Source: an uncultured Gemmataceae bacterium
GTDB taxonomy: Bacteria; Planctomycetota; Planctomycetia; Gemmatales; Gemmataceae
NCBI GenBank assembly: GCA_963750165.1
Contig: CAVVPN010000011.1
Location: 1,760,001 to 1,824,000 of the forward strand
Reading direction: 5' to 3'
DNA length: 64,000 bases
Shown here one piece after another: positions 46,821 through 57,400 of this stretch. Below the pieces are notes generated by a model. It did not search any database. It worked only from the letters and a program-made list of their open reading frames with translations, and was not told where the DNA came from. The position numbers and the translations under genes were made by a program. Positions within the stretch are counted from its first letter, which is position 1. Every line of letters starts with the position of its first letter.

Positions 46821-47897
46821 TCAGGGGCCGCCCTGCTTGATGGTGACGCGGACCCGCTGACCGATGCGCAGCGGCCGGCCGGGCTCCACGGACACCAGAC
46901 ACTCCAGCGTGCGCACGTCGTTGTACTGGAACGGCTCGAAGATCATCGAACGACGATGGGCGTACCAGTCGGAGACGCGTGTTACCTTGCCCTTCCACTG
47001 ATAGCCGGCTCGCGCTTCGTCCGCGACGATGGCGACCTGACCAACCTCGACCTTGGCGGCCCATTCCTGCTGTACCTCGGCGCGGATGATGCGTTCGCCG
47101 TGCGGGCAGAACTGGATGGCGGCCACCTTCGGCTGCGTGCCGAGCAGATCGCCCGTGCTGGTGAACACGCGCAGGATGGTGCCGTCCGCCGGGGCGTACA
47201 AATCGTGCCCCAGCACACCCAGCCGGGCCTGCTCGACGAGTGCCTCCCTGGCCTTCACGTCCTCCTGCGCGCGCTTGAGGTCAATGGTCGGGATCGGCAC
47301 CGCCAACTCTTTCAAGAGAATCCGCTCCGCCTGCAACCTGGCCTCCGCGCCCTTGACCGCTTGCTCAGCCATCACCAGTTCTTCCTTGCTGATGAGCCGA
47401 TACATCTGGCCGTTCTCGGACTTGTTATTGTAGGCCCGCTCGGCCTTCGCCAGTTTTTGCTTCGCCGCCTCCAGGCTGGCCTCGGCCCCCGCGATCGCTT
47501 GCTGCTGTGCCTCGGCCTTCAGCCGCCATACCTGGACGGCGGCCTCGGCCTTTTCGACGTTGCCCTGCGCCGCCGCCAGGCCAGCCCGCGCTTCCTTCAA
47601 CTTTTCGCGTGACAGACGGTCGTCGGTGCTCAGCAGCAGGTCGCCCTCGAACACGGCGTCATTCTCGTTGACGTAGACGGCGACGACGGGGCCGGGCTGA
47701 ACCGGATACAGTCCTGGCACGCCCTTCGGCATATCGACGCGGCCGTCAGCGACGATGAAGTCGGCGCCCGGCTCCTTGCCCGGGGCGGTTTCCTTGTCGC
47801 CGTGGTTGAAGAACCAGCCCGCGCCGGCGGCGGTGCCGACGAGCAGCAGCACGCCCAGCACCCAGAGGAAGCGTTGCGGACGGGAGAAAGTGGTCAT
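46821..47897 (-). CDS. HlyD/DevB-type membrane fusion protein
   Basis: N-terminal TM, lipoyl halves (PVQPGPV..V..GDLL; APADGTI), coiled coil, IGQRVRV. Confidence 0.85.
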   Translation of the reverse strand: MTTFSRPQRFLWVLGVLLLVGTAAGAGWFFNHGDKETAPGKEPGADFIVADGRVDMPKGVPGLYPVQPGPVVAVYVNENDAVFEGDLLLSTDDRLSREKLKEARAGLAAAQGNVEKAEAAVQVWRLKAEAQQQAIAGAEASLEAAKQKLAKAERAYNNKSENGQMYRLISKEELVMAEQAVKGAEARLQAERILLKELAVPIPTIDLKRAQEDVKAREALVEQARLGVLGHDLYAPADGTILRVFTSTGDLLGTQPKVAAIQFCPHGERIIRAEVQQEWAAKVEVGQVAIVADEARAGYQWKGKVTRVSDWYAHRRSMIFEPFQYNDVRTLECLVSVEPGRPLRIGQRVRVTIKQGGP

Positions 47898-47919
47898 CGG
47901 GGTCACTCCGTGAAAGTCC

Positions 47920-48025
47920 TTAGTCATTGGTCATTAGTCATCCGGGCCAACGTCGAGAACCTCAACTTTTGCCAGTAACTGGAATCCCGATAACTAATGA
48001 CTAATGACCAATGACCAAGGACTAA
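47920..48025. repeat. Inverted heptamer tandem repeats (TAGTCAT / AATGAC(T/C))
   Basis: Same family as 42184-42298. Confidence 0.72.
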
Positions 48026-48026
48026 C

Positions 48027-48800
48027 TTATGCCTCAGGGGCCAAACTGAACGGCTGCGGGTGGGCGCCGTTCTGGTTGTGCGCGTCGCCGCCGTGGCACG
48101 TCTCCGACAGCACGCCGTCGTTCAGATGCAGCACGCGGTCGGAGTGGGCGATCAGCCGCGAATCGTGCGCCACCACCAGGATCGTTGCGCCGCGGTCGTG
48201 GGCAGCGGCCCGCAGCAACTCGACCACCTGCTCGCCGTGCTTCCAGTCCAGGGCGCTGGTCGGCTCGTCGGCGAAGACGAAGGCCGGCTCCTTGATCAGC
48301 GCCCGGCCGATGGCCACGCGCTGCTGTTCGCCGCCGGACAGCTGCGTCGGCCGCAGGTGCGCCTTCTTGCCCAGGCCGAGCAGGTCCAGCATATCCAGCG
48401 ACTTGCGGCCGGCGTCGCGGCGGTTGGCGCCCGCACCCCAGCGCAGCACCATCTCCAGCTGCTGCCGGGCCGTCAGCGCCGGAAACAGATTGTAGCCCTG
48501 AAAAATGAAGCCGCAGTGCTTCAGCCGGAACTCCTCGCGTTTGCGTTCCGTCATGCGCCAGATGTCCTGACCCAGGGCGGACACGATGCCGCCGTCCGGC
48601 TTCAGCAGGCCCGAGAGCACCGCCAGCAGCGTCGATTTGCCGCTGCCGGACGGCCCCATGAGCAGGGCCATCTGGCCGGGCAGCAGTTCGAGCGAAACGT
48701 CCGCCAGGGCTGTCGTCCGCGCCTCGCCCGTGCCGAAGGAACGGGTCAGGTTGCGGCCGCTCAGCGTGGGCTCGGCGGAGTGCGGCTCTTCGTTGAACAT
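48027..48800 (-). CDS. ABC transporter ATP-binding protein (DevA/LolD-like)
   Basis: [27 protein letters not shown]. Confidence 0.92.
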   Translation of the reverse strand: MFNEEPHSAEPTLSGRNLTRSFGTGEARTTALADVSLELLPGQMALLMGPSGSGKSTLLAVLSGLLKPDGGIVSALGQDIWRMTERKREEFRLKHCGFIFQGYNLFPALTARQQLEMVLRWGAGANRRDAGRKSLDMLDLLGLGKKAHLRPTQLSGGEQQRVAIGRALIKEPAFVFADEPTSALDWKHGEQVVELLRAAAHDRGATILVVAHDSRLIAHSDRVLHLNDGVLSETCHGGDAHNQNGAHPQPFSLAPEA

Positions 48801-48835
48801 GGAACGTTCTCGCACAGGACCTCCATCCGTCCTTC

Positions 48836-48894
48836 CGTGGGGCAGACATTCCTGTCTGCCGTTGAGGTTGGCAGACAGGAATGTCTGCCCCACG
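48836..48894. repeat. REP-like doublet
   Basis: CGTGGGGCAGACATTCCTGTCTGCC-loop-GGCAGACAGGAATGTCTGCCCCACG. Confidence 0.8.
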
Positions 48895-48899
48895 TTTCA

Positions 48900-50015
48900 C
48901 TAGCGCAACAGGGCCACCGGCTCGATCAGGCGCAGCGACCGCAGCGCCAGCAGGCCCGACAGCATGGCCATCACCATCGTGATGAGCACCGCGCCGGCCA
49001 GCAGTTCCACCGGCAGCAACACGCGGGCGCCGACCTGGTTGCCCAGCTGGGCCAGGGCGAACACCGTCGGCAGCGCCAGCGCGACGCCGGCCAGGCCCAC
49101 CCAGAACGACTGGGACAACACCATCATGCCCATGCGCCAGCGCGGGATCCCCATCGCCCGCAGCACCGCGTACTCGCGCAGCGACGCCGCCGTGGCCGCG
49201 TACAGCGTCTGGCTGGTTACGACAGCGCCGACCAGCAGGCCCAGCGCCGCCGCCAGACCCAGGGCAATGCCGGCCTTGGTCTTGGTCAGCCAGTGCAGGC
49301 GCGAGTGCAGCGAGAAGTCGGCGCTGGTGAAGGCGCTGAACTTGCGCGGGTACGCCTCCAACTGTCGCACCACCTTGCGGGCGTCCTCCGGCGACCGGCA
49401 ACGGGCCAGCAGGAACGTTGCCTGCTCGGACGTCAGGTTCAGCCGCGGCCGGGCCGTCTCCACCGAACAGAAGATGTACGGCCCCGCCAGACTCTTCATG
49501 CCGCGCACCGTCGAGACGACGCGAACGCGCTGCCTGGAAATCTCCGCGGTGTCGCCGACTTTCTTGATGCCCAGGCGGTCGAACTCGGACTCGTCCACGA
49601 TGATGGCGCCCGGCTCGGTCAGCAGCGCCCGCTGCCGCGGCGTCAGCCCCTTGACGGCGCCGAGGGCGTCTTCGTGCAGCCGGGAACCGATCAGCAGACA
49701 CAGTTCGTTGCCACCCGTCGGCTTGTCCCAGTAGGCAAAGCCCTGGGTGTAGATTTCGGTGCGCTCGACCTCCGGCATGGACAGGTAGGACTCCCACGCC
49801 GCGGGAATGGGCCGGCCAAGGTCTACACTGGGCACCTCCGGATGGCCGACCCACACGTCGGCGCTGGTCTCGTCGATGGGCAGCGACGTGATCGAGAACA
49901 GGCCGAGCAGCAGGCCGCACTGCAGCGCGATCAGCAGACAGCTAAACGCCACCGCCAGCACGCCGGGCAGGAAGCGCTGGCGCTCGTACCAGAGGGTAGC
50001 CAGTGCGTAGGACAT
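48900..50015 (-). CDS. ABC transporter permease (FtsX/MacB/DevC-like)
   Basis: N-terminal TM, periplasmic domain, REYAVLRAMG, three C-terminal TMs. Confidence 0.88.
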   Translation of the reverse strand: MSYALATLWYERQRFLPGVLAVAFSCLLIALQCGLLLGLFSITSLPIDETSADVWVGHPEVPSVDLGRPIPAAWESYLSMPEVERTEIYTQGFAYWDKPTGGNELCLLIGSRLHEDALGAVKGLTPRQRALLTEPGAIIVDESEFDRLGIKKVGDTAEISRQRVRVVSTVRGMKSLAGPYIFCSVETARPRLNLTSEQATFLLARCRSPEDARKVVRQLEAYPRKFSAFTSADFSLHSRLHWLTKTKAGIALGLAAALGLLVGAVVTSQTLYAATAASLREYAVLRAMGIPRWRMGMMVLSQSFWVGLAGVALALPTVFALAQLGNQVGARVLLPVELLAGAVLITMVMAMLSGLLALRSLRLIEPVALLR

Positions 50016-50046
50016 TCCACAAGAACCTCGGTTGCCTTCTTTTTTC

Positions 50047-50111
50047 GTTCGTAGTACCGGCTTTAGCCGGAATCCGACGGTCAGATTCCGCCTAAAGGCG
50101 GTACTACGAAC
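50047..50111. repeat. REP-like palindrome containing the asnB stop codon
   Basis: GTTCGTAGTACCG.CTTTAG..CTAAAG.CGGTACTACGAAC. Confidence 0.7.
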
Positions 50112-52146
50112 CCAGCGCCGGCGCGTGAACGCCGTTCACCCCCAACGCCGCGACCGGCGGCGACCACGCCGGCAACTCACACAGGCTCGCATCGATGTAG
50201 GTGTGATGCCACAGCTGCGTCGCCACCACGCCCACCAGGCCCAGTTCGATCATGGTCCGCCGGTTCGAGCCGACCCGCAGTTGCTTGAACGCCGCGCGCC
50301 AGTGCAGCACGGCGTCCGCGTCGAAATAGCCGGTCTTCCGCAGCGACTCCGAGCTGAGCAGGTGGTCCACGAACGTCGGCTCCGGCCCGCTGGTCAAGTG
50401 GAAGCCGTCCGACGGTGCCCGGAACATGGCCTTGCGCCGCCAGGCGATCTCCTTCGGCAGCCAGCGCTGGGCGACGTGCCGCAAAATCTCCTTCTCACGC
50501 AGCCGGTGCAGCTTCCACTCCGGCGGCAGCGTCGCGCAGAAGTCGAACACGTCCTCGTCGAGGAAGGGATAGCGCGTCTCGACCGACGAGTTCATGGCCA
50601 CGCGATCCCCCTTGGCGTTGAGCAGCAGTCCCGCCAACATGACCCGCGCTCCCACGTACAATGAGCGGTTGAGTGGGTCCCAGCGCCTGGCCCGGTCCAG
50701 GTTCAGCTGCAGGTCTTCATACGGATTGTGGTCGCCGAGCCGCTCCCACATCTGGGGGCTGTAGAAACGCAGCTTGGCGATGCTGTACATGCCGTAAATG
50801 TCCAGCCAGGCGTTCGGGCCGCCGACGGACTGCTCGAGCCGCTGCACCACCGACCAGGTCACCTGCGGCGCCCGCAGCCAGCGCAGGTATGCCTTCCGCG
50901 CCAGCGCACTCAGCCGCAGTCCCGGAATCGCGTCGAGCCAGTTCAGCACACGATGAACGCGATACCACGGATAGCCGGCCAGCCACTCGTCGGCGCCCTC
51001 CCCAGTTAATGCGACCTTGTAGCCCTGGCGATGTACTTCCCGCGCCAGCAGCAACAGCGCCGCACACGACGTATCAATCACCGGCCCTTCCGCCGCCCGG
51101 ATCAGCTGCGGGTACGTCCGCAGCACCTCTTCGCGTCCGCAATCGATCACCACCGGCCCGGCGCCAACGTGGTCGGCCACCAGCAGCGCCTCGCGCGCCT
51201 CGTCGAACTCCGGCGACTTGACGCGGATGGTGAACGTCGGAATCGGGCTGGCCCCGTCGCGGCGGCGCTGCTGCGTCGCCATCGCCACGACGAGGCTGGA
51301 ATCGACGCCCCCCGACAGGTACGACACCACTGGCACGTCCGCCCGCAGCCGCCGCTCCACCGCCCGTTGCAACCGGGCCTCGAACTCGTCCGTCAGCTGC
51401 GCCGCCGACCGGCTGCGGTCCTCATGGCCGGCGTCCGGGAAGTCAATCTGCCAGTAAATCTTCTCGCTCAGCCCCGCGGCCGGGGTGCCGTCGCGGCCGC
51501 GCTGCAGCACCACGTAGCGGCCCGGCGGCAGCAGATTCACCCCCGCGAAGCACGTCACCGGCCCCGGCAGCGCGAAGAACGTGAACGCATGGTTGATGCC
51601 GCGCACGTCCGGCTTCGCCGCCACCAGCCCCGACGCCAGCAGTGCCTTGACCTCGGACGCGAACAGCAGCCAATCGCCATCGGACCTCGTCTGCCGCGTC
51701 CAGTACAGCGGACAGATACCGAAGCGATCACGGGCCAGCACCAACTGGCGTTTGCGCTCGTCCCACAGGGCGAAGGCGAACTGGCCGCGCAACCGCTCCA
51801 ACATGCCCTCGCCGTACTCCTCCCACAGGTGCGGCAACACCTCGGTGTCGCAGTGCGTCCGAAAGCGGTGGCCGCGCGCCGCCAGGTCGGCCTTGAGCGT
51901 CGGGTAGTCGAACAACTCGCCGTTATACACGACCTGGATGCTCTGGTCCTCGTTGCCGATGGGCTGCTGGCCGTCCGCCAGACCGACGATGCTCAGTCGG
52001 CGGTTGGCCAGCGCCATGCCGGGGCGATACAGAAAACCGTCCTCGTCAGGGCCGCGATGGACGATGGCCTGGGCCATGGCCTCGACCGCGCCCGCCGGCA
52101 CGGCCGCCCTGCCGCTCAGGTCAATCACTCCTGCGATGCCACACAT
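50104..52146 (-). CDS. asnB: Asparagine synthase (glutamine-hydrolysing) family amidotransferase
   Basis: MCGIAG, HRGPD, RRLSI, YNGE, LSGGVDSS, TGEGADE, ETRYPFLD. Confidence 0.9.
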   Translation of the reverse strand: MCGIAGVIDLSGRAAVPAGAVEAMAQAIVHRGPDEDGFLYRPGMALANRRLSIVGLADGQQPIGNEDQSIQVVYNGELFDYPTLKADLAARGHRFRTHCDTEVLPHLWEEYGEGMLERLRGQFAFALWDERKRQLVLARDRFGICPLYWTRQTRSDGDWLLFASEVKALLASGLVAAKPDVRGINHAFTFFALPGPVTCFAGVNLLPPGRYVVLQRGRDGTPAAGLSEKIYWQIDFPDAGHEDRSRSAAQLTDEFEARLQRAVERRLRADVPVVSYLSGGVDSSLVVAMATQQRRRDGASPIPTFTIRVKSPEFDEAREALLVADHVGAGPVVIDCGREEVLRTYPQLIRAAEGPVIDTSCAALLLLAREVHRQGYKVALTGEGADEWLAGYPWYRVHRVLNWLDAIPGLRLSALARKAYLRWLRAPQVTWSVVQRLEQSVGGPNAWLDIYGMYSIAKLRFYSPQMWERLGDHNPYEDLQLNLDRARRWDPLNRSLYVGARVMLAGLLLNAKGDRVAMNSSVETRYPFLDEDVFDFCATLPPEWKLHRLREKEILRHVAQRWLPKEIAWRRKAMFRAPSDGFHLTSGPEPTFVDHLLSSESLRKTGYFDADAVLHWRAAFKQLRVGSNRRTMIELGLVGVVATQLWHHTYIDASLCELPAWSPPVAALGVNGVHAPALGS

Positions 52147-52164
52147 CCTTCATCCCTTCGGGAT

Positions 52165-52227
52165 AGTGTTCAGTTTTCAGTGTTCAGTGTTCAGCAAAAC
52201 GGAACTGAACACTGAAAACTGAACACT
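52165..52227. repeat. Inverted heptamer repeat (TGTTCAG)n / (CTGAACA)n
   Basis: Direct reading, between the SDR gene and asnB. Confidence 0.72.
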
Positions 52228-53042
52228 CACATTGTACTGGCCGCGTACAACTTGCGCACCTTCCGGGCGCTCATCCAGTCCACGAAGCGCGGGAAGAAGC
52301 GGTTGACCAGCAAAATCCAGCGGGCCTCACTACCGATCACCGTTTCGGTGGCGTTGCGGCGGATGGCCTTCACAATGGCCGCAGCGACTCGTTCGGGCGA
52401 CATGCCCTTGCCGAAGTCGATGTTGGCCCGACCCTGGTGCATCAGGAAATTTTTGGACAGTTCGCTGTTGGTGAGGCCCGGCAGGATTAGCAGCACGTCG
52501 ATGTCGAAGCGGGCCAGTTCGCCGCGCAGCGCTTCGGTCAGGCCGCACAGGGCGAACTTGCTGGCGGAATATTCGGACCAGGCCGGCATGCCCCGACGAC
52601 CGCACATGCTGGCGACATTGACGACACAGGGCTGACGCCCCCAGGTCAGGTGCGGGATGGCCAGGCGGGTTAACTCGGTGGGGGCGAAAAAGTTCACTTC
52701 CATGATCTGCCGCAGGATCGCCTCCGTACAATCGGCAAAGTGAGCCCAGCTGGCGACGCCGGCGTTGTTAATCAGGCCGTCCAGGCCGCCCAGGTGGCCG
52801 ACGGCTGTCTCGATCAACCGTTGCCGGTCGGCGTCACTGGTCAGGTCGGTGGGCACGGCCAGGGCGTCGGCGCCGTGGGCGCGGAGCTGCTCGGCCAGGG
52901 TGGCGAGCTGGTCCGCGGAGCGCGCCGCCAGGACGAGCCGGGCTCCCGCACTGGCGAGTTGCTCCGCCAGACAGCGGCCGATGCCCCGGGACGCGCCAGT
53001 GAGGACGAAACGGCAGCCGTGTAAATCACGCCTCATGCCCAA
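52227..53042 (-). CDS. Short-chain dehydrogenase/reductase
   Basis: TGASRGIG, NNAG, YSASK. Confidence 0.92.
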   Translation of the reverse strand: MGMRRDLHGCRFVLTGASRGIGRCLAEQLASAGARLVLAARSADQLATLAEQLRAHGADALAVPTDLTSDADRQRLIETAVGHLGGLDGLINNAGVASWAHFADCTEAILRQIMEVNFFAPTELTRLAIPHLTWGRQPCVVNVASMCGRRGMPAWSEYSASKFALCGLTEALRGELARFDIDVLLILPGLTNSELSKNFLMHQGRANIDFGKGMSPERVAAAIVKAIRRNATETVIGSEARWILLVNRFFPRFVDWMSARKVRKLYAASTM

Positions 53043-53416
53043 ACTCCCGTGCGGCGTCCCGGCAGGTGGGCGGCACTGCGGTTCGCATTATCATTCTTCG
53101 CAGATTACCCATTTTTCCTCAAGTGATAACATCCTAACCGATTGCCAGGCAAACCTTGAGGGATTTCGGGAGTAAAAGCGGCGCGATCGCCGGCGCGACG
53201 ACCGTCCATCACTTACAACAGTCACCTCCTCCCCTGCCGACAGGGTTTGCCCTGCCCGCAAGAATCCTGTTCCGGGCGCGCTTGCGCCAGCGTCCTGCGC
53301 CGACGCGGGTGTGCCGATTAGTAGTTTTTATGATTTTTGGGGTCGGAATCAATGGGCAGCTGCGGCCGGCGCTGCGGTGCCGGCCGGGGACGTTCGCGAT
53401 GCGCTGCCTTCATCGT

Positions 53417-54286
53417 TCACTGCGGCTGTTCGGACGAGCCATTGGTCTTGAGTTGTCGGGTCAGCGCCTCCCGGGCTTCCGGGGGCAGCGCCTTGAGAAG
53501 TTCCTCCACGGGCACCCCCTTGAGGCGTTCCTCCACGGGCACCCCCTTGAGGCGCTCCTCCACGGGCACCACCTTGAGCACCTCTTGCGCGGACAACCCC
53601 TCAAGCCGTTCCGCGGGGGACAATTTCGCCAGCATCTTGGCAATGCTCTCGCGGTAAAATTCTTTGAGCCTGTCGGACATGGTTACCTCCTCGCTATACG
53701 CCTCGAACAATTCGTACAACAGCGTGCTCGTCTCACTGGAGTAGGGCCGGTAGTGCTCCCGGCCGTACCGCAGTGTCTCCTCGCGGATGCTGAACAGGTG
53801 GAGCATGGCGTTGTGTTCCGCCAGCGCCAGCTGGCCGGTCACAATAACGCGAATCCGCAGCCCAAAGCCCACCACGTCGTAGACGCCCTCGCGCACGGGC
53901 GTCAATGGCACCAGTTGAGCCAGCTGCTGCGGGTAGCGGGCGCACACCGCGAACAGGCGATAGTCGGCCAACGGCCGCAGGTTGTTCAGCGACGGGCTGG
54001 ACTGCTTGCGGTAGTTGACGAAGTGGCCGACCAGTTCCCACAGCGCCCAGACGTCCAGCGCTTCCTGAAAGGACTTGAACGTCACCAGGTTGAAGGTGGC
54101 CAGGTCCTCGAACCCGTCCGGCAGCCGCCGCGGGATCGGCCCGGGGCCCTTATGCAGGATGAGGAGATCGACGAACTGCTGCCTGAGCGACAGATCCTTC
54201 TCGGTTTCCACGGTGACGGCGGTGCCCTCGAAGAAGTCAATCCAGGACAGGCCGAACAATCGGTGCAGCGGTCGTTGCTCACTCAT
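53417..54286 (-). CDS. Rpn-like / PD-(D/E)XK-like hypothetical protein with C-terminal 9-aa repeats
   Basis: HRLFG..DLSLRQQFVDLLI..LPDG..NLVTFKS..HNAMLHLFS; tail (PVEERLKGV)n. Confidence 0.65.
   Translation of the reverse strand: MSEQRPLHRLFGLSWIDFFEGTAVTVETEKDLSLRQQFVDLLILHKGPGPIPRRLPDGFEDLATFNLVTFKSFQEALDVWALWELVGHFVNYRKQSSPSLNNLRPLADYRLFAVCARYPQQLAQLVPLTPVREGVYDVVGFGLRIRVIVTGQLALAEHNAMLHLFSIREETLRYGREHYRPYSSETSTLLYELFEAYSEEVTMSDRLKEFYRESIAKMLAKLSPAERLEGLSAQEVLKVVPVEERLKGVPVEERLKGVPVEELLKALPPEAREALTRQLKTNGSSEQPQ
53500..53580 (-). repeat. 27-bp coding tandem repeat (PVEERLKGV)
   Basis: CTCCACGGGCACC unit three times at 27-bp period. Confidence 0.85.
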
Positions 54287-54412
54287 CGGCACTCCGGTTG
54301 GGGTTTCGCCTGGGCGATGTCATTGTACCCAGTCGCTCAAAATCCGGCTTGCCCTGCGGCCGCCTCCCTGGGTATACCGCCGCCGGGAGGTTGCTATTCT
54401 CGGAGGCCGCGC

Positions 54413-57400
54413 ATGCACTACCGCCGGCTGGGCAGGACGAACCTGCAAGTTTCGGTCGTCGGCTTCGGGACGTGTCAACTCCGCCTCGTCCCGGAGCGAC
54501 AGGCCATCGCCACGCTGCTGCGCGGCTTCGAACTGGGCGTCAACCTCGTCCACACCGCCCCGGACTACGAGGGGGCCGACGACCTGGTGGCCCGCGCCGT
54601 CCGCGAATGGGGCCAGCCGGTCATCGTCTGCTCGCAGGGCTACGGCCCGATGAGCCATTTCGAGCGCCTCTTTGAAACCACCTGCGAAAAGTTTGGCACC
54701 GGGCGGCTGGAGTTGTTTGGCATCGCCTGCGTCGATGACCGCGAACTGGCGGGCGAGAACGTCTGGGGCGCCGGCGGTATGGTCGAGTTCCTGCGCCGCC
54801 AGCGCGAGCAGGGCCGGCTCGGTGGCATCTTCTGCACCACCCACGGCACGCCCGCGTACCTCCGCCGCCTGATCGAAGCGGATGTGTTTGACGCTTTGAT
54901 GGTGGCGTACAACCCACTCGGCTTTCACCTGCTATCGTACCCACCGCCGCCGGGCCGGGAGCGCGAGAACCTGGCCGGCACCCGCGCGCAGGTCTTTCCG
55001 CTGGCCCGGGAGCGCGACATCGGCCTGATGATTATGAAACCGCTGGCCGGCGGCCTGCTCTGCACCGGCAAGGCGTTCCCGCCGCGTGCCCGCCTGGCCG
55101 ACGGGGGCGGCCAGCTGACGGCGACGGAAATCCTGCGGTCGATCCTGCAACACCCGGAGGTGGCCTGTGTCGTGCCCGGCACCGCGTCGCCCGCGGAGGC
55201 GGAGGAGAACGCTCGCGCCGGTCACGCCCTGTCGCTGCCGCCGAACCACGTCGAGCAGGTGTGGGCCGGCGCCCGCGCGCTCGACACTGCGCTGTGCAGC
55301 CGCTGCGGCGGCTGTGAGACCTCGTGCAGTCGTGGGCTGCCGGTGGGTTGGCTGTTCCGTGCCGGCTACATCGCCGCGCACCCGTCCGAGACGTTCGAGA
55401 CGCCGCCCGAGGCCGAGTATTTCCGACTGCACCCCGCTGCGGACGCCACCTGCGGCACCTGCACCGCGGTCACCTGCACCTGTCCGTATGGCGTCAACAT
55501 CCCCGGCGGCCTGACGCAGCTGCACGGCCTCATGACGCGCTGGCAGGAACAGGGCCTGGTGCCAGCGCCGCCGCGCGCCGCGCACCGCGGCGAACACGAC
55601 CGCGCCGCCCTGCTCGTCGTCCGTGACGTTCCGGCGGTGATGGACGCCGGCGCGACCGCGGTGTGCCGGCTCTACCTGGAAAACACCGGCCGGCAGCCGT
55701 GGTTCGCCCAGCCCGCCGCGGGGCGCCGGCCGACCGTGCTGGCGGTCAGCGTGGGCGGCACCGCCCTGCTGCCGGTGCGTCTGCGCCAGGACGTGAATCC
55801 CGGCGAGCGTGCCCATTTCGTCTTTGAACTGACGGCCCCCGCGACGGCCGGCCCGCACGCGCTGCGGCTCGACCTGATCGAGGACGGTGGGCCGCCCTCC
55901 GTGGTCCCAATCCCCCTGGTACTTATGACGCTGACCATCCAGGCCGTGGCCCCCGCGTACGCGGTGGCGTACCTGAGCTATCGCCAGCCGGGCAAGGTGC
56001 CGGCGCAGGCGCTGCAGTCCTTCTGGGTGACGCTGGAGAACTGCGGCACGAAAACCTGGTGCCGCCAACCGCCGGACGGCCATGCGGTGGAACTGGCGTT
56101 CTTCCTCGACGGCACACTGACCGCAGTGGTGCCGCTGCCGCGCGACGAGGTGCGGCCCGGCGAGCGTGTCACCGTTCACTGGTCGCTGCGCGCCCCCGCG
56201 ACCCCGGGGCGCCATGAACTCAAACTGGACCTGGTCGAACAGAACGTCACCTTTTTCGAGCAGCAGGGCGTCGCGCCGCTGGTGCTGCCGCTGGAAACAA
56301 CCGCGGCCGCACCAGGGCCGGGCGCTCGCCTCATGGATCGCGCTTTCGAGACCAACACCTGGTTCTTCCAGCCCAGCAGCGGCGTCCACCGCGACAGCGA
56401 CGGCCAGCCATTCCCGCTGTTCGCGCAAGGGCCAGGGCTGCCGCATCACCGACGTGGAGGGCCGGCAGTACGTCGATTACGTCATGGGCTGGGGCTGCAA
56501 TCTGCTCGGCTACGCTCACCAGCGCGTGCAGCGCGCCATCAGCAAAACGCTGGGCACCGGAGCCGTGCTGTCGCTGCCGCACGAGCTGGAGATGGCGGTC
56601 ACCGAGCGGCTGTGCGCGACCATCCCGTGTGCCGAGATGGTGCTGTTCGGCAAGAACGGCTCGGATGTGTGTACCGCGGCGGTGCGGCTGGCGCGGCGCA
56701 CACCGGTCGCACGAAGGTGCTCATCAGCGGCTACCACGGCTGGCAGGACTGGTACGCGGAAAAGGCGGGCTTCGCGGCCACCGGCGTGCCCGGCGGCCGC
56801 GAGCAGCTGGTGTTGCCGTTCACCTTCAACGACCTGGACGGGTTGGCGGCGCTGCTGCACGCGCACGGCGGTGAGGTGGCGGCGGTGATGCTGGAGCCGG
56901 CCGGTCCTGTCGAGGGCCTGAACGGCCCGCTGCGCGACGCCGACCCCGCCTTTCTACGGCAGGCCGCCGAGTTGACGCGCCGGGCCGGGGCGCTGCTGAT
57001 CTTCGACGAGATCATCACCGGTTTCCGCTACCCCGGCGGCAGCGTGCAGCAGGCGACCGGCGTCATCCCGGACCTGGCGTGCTTCGGCAAGGCGCTGAGC
57101 AATGGGATGCCGCTGTCGGCGCTGGTGGGCCGGCGCGACGTGTTCCGCGGCGCGATGGGTCGCATCCATTACGGGCCGACATTCAAGGGAGAAGTGTACT
57201 CGTTCGCCGCCGCCCGCGCGGCGCTGGCGGTGTACCGCAAGGAGGATGTGGCCGGCCACGTCTGGCGCTACGGCAGCGGGCTGCTCGAGGGCGTCAATCA
57301 GTTGTGTCGCCGGCTGGAAGCGCCCGCCGAGCTGATCGGGCCGCCGTTCCGCATGGTGCTTGCCTTCCAGGAGGCCGACGCGGAGCGCGTCACGCTGATG

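Noticed and set aside
50104..52146. Lasso peptide cyclase cluster
   Set aside because: The glutaminase domain with its N-terminal Cys is intact, and no B protein, RRE or precursor peptide was seen.
53156..54412. N-terminal 419 aa of the 1507-aa ORF
   Set aside because: This part is antisense to the Rpn-like gene; the AKR homology starts at the ATG at 54413.
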